Assembly (NCBI GenBank): GCA_040752415.1
Contig: JBFMGU010000272.1
Location: 1 to 14,061 of the forward strand
Source: Myxococcota bacterium
Lineage (GTDB): Bacteria; Myxococcota; JACRCW01
Reading direction: 5' to 3'
DNA length: 14,061 nt
Each line of letters starts with the position of its first letter. The stretch's first letter is position 1. Shown here in pieces: positions 1 through 6,889 of the stretch. The notes below the pieces were generated by a model. The model was not told where the DNA came from. It saw nothing but the letters and a program-made list of their open reading frames with translations, and searched no databases. Made by a program: the position numbers and the translations under genes.

Positions 1-1
1 G

Positions 2-364
2 CCCGCCGCCCCTCCGGCAGCCAGCGCGCCACCCGCCGCCGCTGCCACTGCCGCTGCCACTGCCGCTGCCGCTGCCAACAAGGACGACGGCCCCGGTCAC
101 GAGCGCTACCGCGAGGGCATGCGTCACGCCGCGGCAGGTCGCCTGGATGAGGCGGAGGCAAGCCTGCGTGAGGCCGTGCGGATGGACGCCACCAAGCCCT
201 CCTACCTGACGGCGCTCGCGCGCGTGTTGCTCGCCAATCCGCGTTATGAGCGCGCGGGGACGCTGCCGGTGGTCCGCTCGTTGTTGGACCGCGCCCAGGC
301 TCTGGCGCCGGGCGACGCCGAGGTCAGCGCGCTGCTGCAACGCATCCAGCAGGAGCTGGGCTGA
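2..364 (+). CDS. Partial (5'-truncated) protein with an Ala/Pro-rich linker and a C-terminal TPR-like helical domain
   Basis: The frame is open from base 2 (PAAPPAASAPPAAAATAAATAAAAANKDDGPGHERYREGM...) to TGA at 362-364. TPR-like pattern: GRLDEAEASLREAVRMDATKPSYLTALARVL...LDRAQALAPGDAEV. Confidence 0.75.
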   Translation, partial: PAAPPAASAPPAAAATAAATAAAAANKDDGPGHERYREGMRHAAAGRLDEAEASLREAVRMDATKPSYLTALARVLLANPRYERAGTLPVVRSLLDRAQALAPGDAEVSALLQRIQQELG

Positions 365-382
365 TCGGCCTCCATCGCCGAT

Positions 383-483
383 GACTTGCTGGTTGTCGGG
401 GGATTCCCAAAGCAAGTCCGGAGTCAAAAGGTGGTCCCGCGACGACGGGCGAGCGACTTCTGACTTCTGACTTCCTTCTGGGA
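383..483. repeat. Imperfect inverted repeat with a GACTTCT heptamer tandem between convergent genes (possible bidirectional terminator)
   Basis: GACTTCT GACTTCT GACTTC at 455-474. 405-430 (TCCCAAAGCAAGTCCGGAGTCAAAAG) is imperfectly complementary to 457-483. GACTTGCT (383-390) is the exact reverse complement of AGCAAGTC (411-418). Confidence 0.55.
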
Positions 484-529
484 TCAAGAGCCCATCATGT
501 CCATCGACGTCACCCCCGTGACGCGCCGC

Positions 530-1570
530 TCAGCCCTGCAGCGGGTTGAACGGCGGCGTGTTGCGACGCGTGCGCGCGCGGACACGACGGAGATTGTCCA
601 CGTAGGTCTGGTTGGTGGGCGCCAGCTCCACGGCACGCTCCAGGTGCCGCTCCGCCTCCTCCAGCGAGCCCTTGTTGAGCACCAGCGCCAACGCCAGCTT
701 GTGGTGGATGGCCGCCGAAGGCTCGAACTCCGTGAGCGCCGCCTCGTACAGCTCCACCGCCCGACCCAGGTTGTTGGCCTTCTGCGCCGACGCCGCCATG
801 TCATGCAGCGTCTTGGCGCGAACCTTGGCGTACGCGGGGTCCTCCAGCTCCTTGAGCAGGATGGCCACCTCCACGTTGTCCGGGTCGATCATCCAGGCGA
901 AGCGCGCGTGCTCCCGGGCCCGGGGGTACTCCCCGCGGGAAACGGCGCCCTTGGCCATCTCGATCTGCGCCTGCGCGTCGTCGTCGGCGGGCTCCGGCTC
1001 CGCGATCATGGGAGGTGGCGCCTGCAGCGTGCCCACCGCCAGCGGCGGCAGACCCGCGTGGACGTCCAGCTCGGCGGCACGCAGCGTCCCGTCGGGGGCG
1101 CGCAGGGCGGCGTTCTTGTCCGGGTCGGTGCGGAAGCGGATGACGCCGCGGTCGCGGAGCGCCTGCAGCGCCATGGCGGCCTCGTGCAGGGAGAGCCCGC
1201 TGGCCGCCACCAGGTCATCCACGTAGGTGGCCCCGTCCACCAGTGAAAGCAGGTAGCCCTCAAAGGGCGCCAGGCTCAGACCGGCCACGTTGACGCCGGG
1301 GATGCGCTCCGGGACGCCGTGGAATCCCAGCGCGCCGGCGCCCGTGACGCCCGTGAGGGTCAGCGCCTGGTGCACCGGTGGGGCCGCCTCCACGTGGTGG
1401 TCCTCCACGTCCATTTCAATGTCCAGAGAGTCATCCGCCACCAACGGCGCAGCGATGCGGGGATTGGAGAACTCCCCCTCGCCCGTGCCCAGGACGAAGC
1501 CGCACGCCGAACACACGCCGTCGGCGGTGTCTATCCAAGCCTTGCGGCACCTGGCGCAGCGGAGCTTCAT
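530..1570 (-). CDS. Zinc-ribbon + winged-helix-like + TPR domain protein
   Basis: N-terminal CARC-x10-CSAC. Central LAPFEGYLLSLVDGATYVDDLVAASGLSLHEAAMALQALRDRGVIRF helix-turn-helix/wing-like segment. C-terminal TPR-like repeats (LGRAVELYEAAL..., EEAERHLERAVELAPTNQTY). GGAGG-type RBS upstream (CCTCC at 1583-1587 on +). Confidence 0.8.
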   Translation of the reverse strand: MKLRCARCRKAWIDTADGVCSACGFVLGTGEGEFSNPRIAAPLVADDSLDIEMDVEDHHVEAAPPVHQALTLTGVTGAGALGFHGVPERIPGVNVAGLSLAPFEGYLLSLVDGATYVDDLVAASGLSLHEAAMALQALRDRGVIRFRTDPDKNAALRAPDGTLRAAELDVHAGLPPLAVGTLQAPPPMIAEPEPADDDAQAQIEMAKGAVSRGEYPRAREHARFAWMIDPDNVEVAILLKELEDPAYAKVRAKTLHDMAASAQKANNLGRAVELYEAALTEFEPSAAIHHKLALALVLNKGSLEEAERHLERAVELAPTNQTYVDNLRRVRARTRRNTPPFNPLQG

Positions 1571-1712
1571 GGACGCTTCCCGCCTCCTTCAGGGCGAGCC
1601 GGTCTGGCGCGGCAGACTCAACCGCGCGGGTGCCACTCGTCAACCCGCATGGCGCCGGGACCCACGCCGGCGGTGGCGGTTGCGCCTCTCACATGAAACG
1701 CTGCGCGGCGCC

Positions 1713-3098
1713 ATGCAACGCCACCTGCCTGCCCTGCTCCTGCCGTTGCTCCTGGCCGCCTGCGGCCCGGGGCTGATGTCCCAGAACCAGGCGTCCACAC
1801 CACGCCCGCCCCCGTGCGACGACGAGGTGGACTACCACTGCGACGTGCGCCCGCTCATCGAGCGCCACTGCATCTCGTGCCACGCCGAGGGCGGCATTGC
1901 TCCCTTCCCGCTCACGACGTACGCGCAGGCCGCGGAGATGGCCCCCGCCCTCGCTGCCGCTGTGGCCGACCGCACCATGCCGCCATGGCCGCCCGCGGAG
2001 TCGGAGGCATGTCCCCCGCTGGTGGGTTCCCGCGCGCTGTCCGTCGACGAGATTGAGACGTTCCAGGCCTGGGCCGCGGCGGACACGCCGGAGGGGGATG
2101 AAGCGCAGGCGCGCGCCGACGGACGCCTCAACGTGGCCCTGCAGGAGGACACCGACCTGGGCGAGCCGGAGATCACCTTCACGGTGGGTGCGGGCTACAC
2201 GCCCAACCAGAGCCTGCAGGATGACTACCGCTGCTTCATCGTCGACCTGGCGCTGACGCGCGCGGAGTGGATGCACGCGTACGAGGTGGTCCCGGGCAAC
2301 CGCGCCATCGTGCACCACGTGCTGCTCTACCAGGTGATGGAGCGCGACGTGGCCGAGCTGCAACGCTGGGACGACGAGGATCCCGGTGAGGGCTTTGAGT
2401 GCTTTGGCGCGCCCTCGCCCGGCATCCCCATGACGCTGGGGGGCTGGGTGCCCGGCCAACGCCCGCTGCGCTACCGCCAGGGCGACGGAGCGTGGATGCC
2501 CGCGCGCGGTCGCGTGGTGGTGCAGATGCACTACAACCTCATCAGCGGTCCCGGCGTCGACGAGACCACGGTGAAGCTGCACCTCGTGGAAGGTCAGCCG
2601 TTCCGGGAGATCGCCACGTTCCCGTTCCCCGGATCCGACTTCAACATCCCGCCCGGAGAGGCTGGCTACACGTGGGTGGAGCAAAGCGGCCCGCTGCCGG
2701 ACCTGCTCTTCTCCGACGACCTGCAGATCCAACTGGAAGGCGTGGCGCCGCACATGCACACCCTCGGGGAGTCCATCCTTGTGACGCTGGATGAGCCGGG
2801 AGAGACGCCGCAGTGTCTCGTCGACATCCCGCGCTGGGACTTCCACTGGCAGGGCTTCTACCTGTTCAACACCGAGGAGCCCCTGCCGCTCACGCGCGGC
2901 AGCGGCTTCACCCTCAGCTGCACGTGGGACAACACGGAGCGCAAGCAGCTCGTCGTCAACGGCGTGCGGCAGGAGCCACGCTGGGTCACCTGGGGAGAAG
3001 GCACGCGGGATGAGATGTGCCTGGTGTACCTGATTGCCTCCGGCACGCCGGGGTGGACCCAGGTGCTGCTCACCGCGCTGGAGCAGTTCTGGGATTGA
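1713..3098 (+). CDS. Lipoprotein: c-type heme (CxxCH) domain fused to a copper type II (PHM/DBH-like) monooxygenase domain
   Basis: ATG 1713 gives the signal peptide/lipobox MQRHLPALLLPLLLAAC. CISCH at 1869-1883 followed by MPPW. Cu-ligand motifs VHHV (2313-2318), QMHY (2529-2531), PHMH (2751-2759) and DEMC (3009-3020). Also DDYRCF and WDFHWQ. Confidence 0.85.
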   Translation: MQRHLPALLLPLLLAACGPGLMSQNQASTPRPPPCDDEVDYHCDVRPLIERHCISCHAEGGIAPFPLTTYAQAAEMAPALAAAVADRTMPPWPPAESEACPPLVGSRALSVDEIETFQAWAAADTPEGDEAQARADGRLNVALQEDTDLGEPEITFTVGAGYTPNQSLQDDYRCFIVDLALTRAEWMHAYEVVPGNRAIVHHVLLYQVMERDVAELQRWDDEDPGEGFECFGAPSPGIPMTLGGWVPGQRPLRYRQGDGAWMPARGRVVVQMHYNLISGPGVDETTVKLHLVEGQPFREIATFPFPGSDFNIPPGEAGYTWVEQSGPLPDLLFSDDLQIQLEGVAPHMHTLGESILVTLDEPGETPQCLVDIPRWDFHWQGFYLFNTEEPLPLTRGSGFTLSCTWDNTERKQLVVNGVRQEPRWVTWGEGTRDEMCLVYLIASGTPGWTQVLLTALEQFWD

Positions 3099-3148
3099 CC
3101 GACCGCCTCCCCGACGTCAACATCCGCGCCCTTGCCGTGGAGACCACC

Positions 3149-3718
3149 ATGACGTCCGCCCGAATTGCCTGCGCATTCTTCAGCCTTGCGCTGCTGGCCT
3201 GTCAGAAGCAGCCCGCCAGCCTCGTCATCGAGCCCAACAAGTTCCTGCCGCTGGAGCGCAAGGGGAAGACCGTGCAGCTCAAGGCGCAGACCAAGGATGA
3301 CCGCAACATCTTCATCGCCACCGTGCAGCCGGAGTGGAGCAGCAGTGATCCTTCCGTCGCCACCGTGGGTCCCGACGGGCTGGTCACCGCCCAGGGCACC
3401 GGCAAGACCGTCATCACCGGGAAGACGCAGGGCGTGGAGGGCTCGGTGGAGGTGGACGTGCGCATCGTGGGTGCCGTGGAGGTGGAGCCCAAGGAGCCGC
3501 AGAAGCTGAAGCTGGGCAAGACCATGAAGTTCAAGGCGGTGGTGAAGGATGACCGCGGCAACGTCATGCCCAACGAGAAGATCCTCTGGCGCGCCGCGGG
3601 CTACGCCATTGACGTGGACCAGGACGGCCTGGTGACCGCGCAGGCGCTGGGTGAGAGCACGCTGGTGGCCCAAGCCAAGGACAAAGAGACCCGCGTTCCG
3701 TTCGTGGTGGTGGATTGA
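3149..3718 (+). CDS. Lipoprotein with two Ig-like (Big_2-type) domains
   Basis: GGAG then ATG 3149. Lipobox LALLAC. Two related repeats: WSSSDPSVATVGPDGLVTAQGTGKTVITG and WRAAGYAIDVDQDGLVTAQALGESTLVA. Confidence 0.85.
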   Translation: MTSARIACAFFSLALLACQKQPASLVIEPNKFLPLERKGKTVQLKAQTKDDRNIFIATVQPEWSSSDPSVATVGPDGLVTAQGTGKTVITGKTQGVEGSVEVDVRIVGAVEVEPKEPQKLKLGKTMKFKAVVKDDRGNVMPNEKILWRAAGYAIDVDQDGLVTAQALGESTLVAQAKDKETRVPFVVVD

Positions 3719-3722
3719 CGTC

Positions 3723-4523
3723 GTGACGTGGCTGCTGGACGGACTGGCGGAGCTGGGCGCGGAGACCCGCGCGTTCCTCACCACCGCCGGACGCGTCCTG
3801 CGCTTCCTCCTGCTGGTGCTCCGTCACGGCGTCTGGCCCGTGCCGCCGCTGCGCACGCTCACCACGCAGGCATTCGCCCTGGTCCAGCAGTGTCTGGTGC
3901 CGGTGACGCTGGTGGTGGTGCCCATGGGCGCGCTCATCAGCCTCCAGGGCGCCTCGATGATCCAGAACTTCGGCGTGGAGCGCCTGCTGGCGCCGCTGGT
4001 GGCCCTCACCGTCGTGCGGGAGCTGGCCCCGGGCTTTGCCGCGCTGATGGTGGCCATGCAGGCCGGTACCAGCGTGGCGGCGGAGATTGCCGTCATGCGT
4101 GTGCGCGAGGAGCTGGACGCCTACGAGATCATGAGCGTGGACCCGCTGCGTCACGTGGTGGCACCGCGACTCATCTCCGGCGCGCTCATCACACCGATGA
4201 TCACCGTCATCAGCATGGGGCTTTCCGTCGCGGGCGCGTGGGCGGTGGCGGTGGGCGCACGTGGGTTTGCCAGCCGCGCTTTCCTCGACGGGTGCCTCTC
4301 CGCCATCACCCGCTATGACCTGGCCGCCTCCCTGCTGAAGAGCGCGGTGTTCGGCGTGTTGCTCTCCGCCATGAGCTGCTTCGAGGGCTACACGGCGGAG
4401 AAAAGCGCCGCGGGCGTGGGTCGGGCCGCCAACCGCAGCGTGGTGGGCGCCATCCTGGCCATCCTGCTGGCCAACTACGTGCTCAACTCCGTGCTGTTCG
4501 CGGGCGTGGTGCTGCGCACATGA
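3723..4523 (+). CDS. mlaE: MlaE/YrbE-family ABC transporter permease (first copy)
   Basis: GTG 3723 lies 4 nt after the upstream stop. Motifs VVRELAPGFAALM, GTSVAAEIAVMRVREELDAYEIMSVDPLRHVVAPRL, KSAVFG and GVGRAANRSVV. Confidence 0.88.
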   Translation: MTWLLDGLAELGAETRAFLTTAGRVLRFLLLVLRHGVWPVPPLRTLTTQAFALVQQCLVPVTLVVVPMGALISLQGASMIQNFGVERLLAPLVALTVVRELAPGFAALMVAMQAGTSVAAEIAVMRVREELDAYEIMSVDPLRHVVAPRLISGALITPMITVISMGLSVAGAWAVAVGARGFASRAFLDGCLSAITRYDLAASLLKSAVFGVLLSAMSCFEGYTAEKSAAGVGRAANRSVVGAILAILLANYVLNSVLFAGVVLRT

Positions 4524-5263
4524 CGTCGTTCCTGGCGGCGGTGGGCCGGTACACCCGCTTCACGTTGGCCGCCGTCTGGGCCCTTCCGCGACTCGACCGC
4601 GCGGAGATGATGCACCAGGCGTACCTGATGGGGGTGGGCTCCATCCTGGTCATCCTCGCGGTGTGCGCGTTTGCGGGGGCCATGCTGGCGGTGCAGGGAT
4701 TTGCGTCGCTGAAGGCGTTTGGCACGCCGGAGCTGCTGGGCATGTTCATCTCGCTGGCGGGGGTGCGGGAGGTGTTTCCGCTCGTCGGGGCGGGGTGCGC
4801 GGGGGCCAAGCTGGGAAGCGCGGTGGCGGCGGAGGTTGCCACGCTGCGCATTGGCCAGCAGATCGACGCGTTGGAGGTGATGTCCGTGGATCCCATGCGC
4901 TACCTGGTGGCGCCGCGCATGGTGGCGTGTTTGGTGGTGACGCCGCTTCTCGTCGGGGCGGGCCTGCTGGCGGGACTGGGCGCGGCCTACCTCACCGCGA
5001 CGCTGCAGCTGGGTGTGGACCCCGGCAGCTTCATCACGCGCGCGCTGGAGAACATCTCCGTCACGGACCTGCTGGCCGCGCTGGTGAAGGGCCTGGCCTT
5101 TGGCGCGCTCACCGGCAGCATGGCGTGCTGGCAGGGCTTCGACGCCGCGGGGGGGCCGGCTTCCGTCGGGACGGCGGCGAACATGGCCGTGGTGCGCAGC
5201 ATGATGGTGGGCGCGGTGGTGAACCTGTTCATCAGCCAGGCGTTCTACGGGGGGCTGCTGTGA
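4520..5263 (+). CDS. mlaE: MlaE/YrbE-family ABC transporter permease (second copy)
   Basis: ATGA overlap with the previous gene. Motifs VREVFP, GSAVAAEVATLRIGQQIDALEVMSVDPMRYLVAPRM, KGLAFG and GGPASVGTAANMAVV. Confidence 0.9.
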   Translation: MTSFLAAVGRYTRFTLAAVWALPRLDRAEMMHQAYLMGVGSILVILAVCAFAGAMLAVQGFASLKAFGTPELLGMFISLAGVREVFPLVGAGCAGAKLGSAVAAEVATLRIGQQIDALEVMSVDPMRYLVAPRMVACLVVTPLLVGAGLLAGLGAAYLTATLQLGVDPGSFITRALENISVTDLLAALVKGLAFGALTGSMACWQGFDAAGGPASVGTAANMAVVRSMMVGAVVNLFISQAFYGGLL

Positions 5264-6018
5264 ACGAGCCCATTGTCGAGCTGGTGGAGGTGTCCAAGCG
5301 CTTTGGCTCGCTCACCGTGCTGGACAAGGTCAGCATGAAACTGCCGCGCGGTGAGACCACGGTGATCGTGGGTCCGTCCGGGACGGGGAAGAGCACGCTC
5401 ATCAAGCTGCTGGTGGGCCTGCTCCGCCCCGACGAGGGCCACGTGCTGGTGGGCGGCATGGACGTCACCACCATGGGCCGCACCGAGCTGATGCGCATCC
5501 GCCAGCGCTTCGGGATGCTCTTCCAGGACGGCGCGCTGTTCCATTCCATGACGGTGGCGCAGAACGTGGCGTTCCCGTTGCGCCATCACACGTCGCTGAC
5601 GCGGGAGGAGCAGTACGTGCGCGCGGAGGCGGCGCTGGCGGAGGTGGGCCTGCCGGGACTGGGCGAGCGCAGGCCGGACCAGCTCAGCGGTGGACAGCGC
5701 AAGCGCGTGGGGTTGGCGCGCGCGTTGGTGCTGCAACCGGAGATCGTGCTTTTCGACGAGCCCACCAGCGGCCTGGACCCCGTCACCAGCGCGGCCATCG
5801 ACGAGCTCATCGTCAACACGCGGCAGCGGCTGGGGCTGACCTTCATCGTGATCACGCATGACGTGCAGAGCTGCGCGCGCATCGCCGACAACATCGGCAT
5901 GTTGTGGGAGGGACAGCTGCGCGCGTTTGGCCCGCGTGACGACGTGCTGAAGTCGCAGGACCCGGTGGTGCGGCAGTTCTTCGACCGCCAGAGCGCCGGC
6001 CCCATCAAGGTGGTGTGA
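5260..6018 (+). CDS. mlaF: MlaF/Mkl-family ABC transporter ATP-binding protein
   Basis: GTGA overlap. Walker A GPSGTGKS, FGMLFQDGALF Q-loop, signature LSGGQRKRVGLARAL, Walker B LFDEPTSGLDP, H-loop ITHD, C-terminal DPVVRQF. Confidence 0.92.
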   Translation: MNEPIVELVEVSKRFGSLTVLDKVSMKLPRGETTVIVGPSGTGKSTLIKLLVGLLRPDEGHVLVGGMDVTTMGRTELMRIRQRFGMLFQDGALFHSMTVAQNVAFPLRHHTSLTREEQYVRAEAALAEVGLPGLGERRPDQLSGGQRKRVGLARALVLQPEIVLFDEPTSGLDPVTSAAIDELIVNTRQRLGLTFIVITHDVQSCARIADNIGMLWEGQLRAFGPRDDVLKSQDPVVRQFFDRQSAGPIKVV

Positions 6019-6035
6019 AGGTCGCGTCCGACGGA

Positions 6036-6041
6036 TATCAT
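6036..6041 (+). promoter_or_regulatory. Putative sigma-70 -10 box for a leaderless TA transcript
   Basis: TATCAT (TANNNT) ends 6 nt before ATG 6048, and there is no Shine-Dalgarno between them. Confidence 0.45.
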
Positions 6042-6047
6042 GCGCGC

Positions 6048-6449
6048 ATGGATCCCGAGCTGCGGCACCAGTTGACCACGTTCTTCGCGGCGCGCCCGTG
6101 GGTGCGGCTGGCACTGGTGTTCGGTTCCCAGGCGCGTGGTACGGCGCGGGGCGACTCCGACGTGGACGTGGCCGTGCGCGGTCGGGACCTGGACACGGTG
6201 GCCTTGGCGCTGGAGCTGGGCGCGTTGCTGGGCAGACAAGCGGACGTCGTCGACCTGGACCAGGCCGGCTACCCGCTGCTGAAGGCCATCACTCGCGAGG
6301 GCGTGCTGGTCTACCAGTCCCGCCCCGGTGAAGAGGCGCGGTGGAGGAGCCAGGCGTGGACCACGCTGGAGACGGAACGCCCGTGGTTTGAACGGATGCG
6401 GGACGCGTACCTCTCGCGCCTTGCGGAAAGTGGCCGCTCCCGTGGTTGA
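6048..6449 (+). CDS. Minimal nucleotidyltransferase (MntA-like antitoxin, type VII TA)
   Basis: FGSQARGTARGDSDVDVAV fits GS-x10-DxD, followed by ADVVDL and ITREGVLVY. The gene overlaps a downstream HEPN gene. Confidence 0.88.
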   Translation: MDPELRHQLTTFFAARPWVRLALVFGSQARGTARGDSDVDVAVRGRDLDTVALALELGALLGRQADVVDLDQAGYPLLKAITREGVLVYQSRPGEEARWRSQAWTTLETERPWFERMRDAYLSRLAESGRSRG

Positions 6450-6876
6450 CGCCGACGTCATCACGCTCAAGTTGGGGGAATTGGCCCGACGCATCGCGCG
6501 CGTGGACGAGCACTACCTCCCTGCCGCGCCCGCGTTCCCCGCGAACCAGGACAGCCAGGAGATCATTGCCTTCAACCTGATGCTGTCAGTCCAGGTCTGT
6601 GCAGACATCGCCAGCCACATCATCTCCGACGAGGGTTGGCCCCCGGCGGCAACGTTGGCCGAGGGATTCAAGCGGCTGGCGGAACATGGCGTCATCACGG
6701 AAGCGCTCGCGCAGACGCTCAGCCAGGCGGTGGGATTGAGGAACGTGGTGGCCCACGGTTACGCGCGGATCAACCTGCAGCATCTCCACGCGGCCGCAGC
6801 ACGAGGTGTGGAGGACCTGCGGGAGTACACGCGACAGGTGGCCCAGTGGGTTTCAGCCCGGACGAGCGGTTCCTGA
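6442..6876 (+). CDS. HEPN/DUF86 (HepT-like) RNase toxin
   Basis: GTG 6442 overlaps the antitoxin end. RNVVAHGY fits R-x4-H-x-Y. Also VQVCADIASHII and FKRLAEHGVI. Confidence 0.88.
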   Translation: MVDADVITLKLGELARRIARVDEHYLPAAPAFPANQDSQEIIAFNLMLSVQVCADIASHIISDEGWPPAATLAEGFKRLAEHGVITEALAQTLSQAVGLRNVVAHGYARINLQHLHAAAARGVEDLREYTRQVAQWVSARTSGS

Positions 6877-6889
6877 ACGGAGCGGGAAA

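Noticed and set aside
35..76. GCCGCTGCCACT-type tandem repeat
   Set aside because: It encodes the Ala/Thr low-complexity linker of the partial CDS and is not an independent element.
1290..1712. N-terminal extension of the 602-aa ORF
   Set aside because: It overlaps the minus-strand TPR gene, and ATG 1713 gives a clean lipoprotein signal peptide.
1689..2846. 385-aa antisense ORF (and similar ones at 497-1246, 2858-3784, 5586-6494, 7676-8461, 13115-14005)
   Set aside because: These mirror real genes on the opposite strand, reflect GC codon bias, and carry no recognisable motifs.
4663..5259. N-terminal extension of the 451-aa ABC ATPase ORF suggesting a fusion
   Set aside because: It is a Gly/Arg-rich off-frame reading of the second mlaE. 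The GTGA overlap at 5260 gives a normal MlaF length.
6442..6876. HEPN gene as a CRISPR-associated or Cas13-like effector
   Set aside because: It is a small stand-alone DUF86-type protein paired with an MNT, with no CARF domain, cas genes or array.
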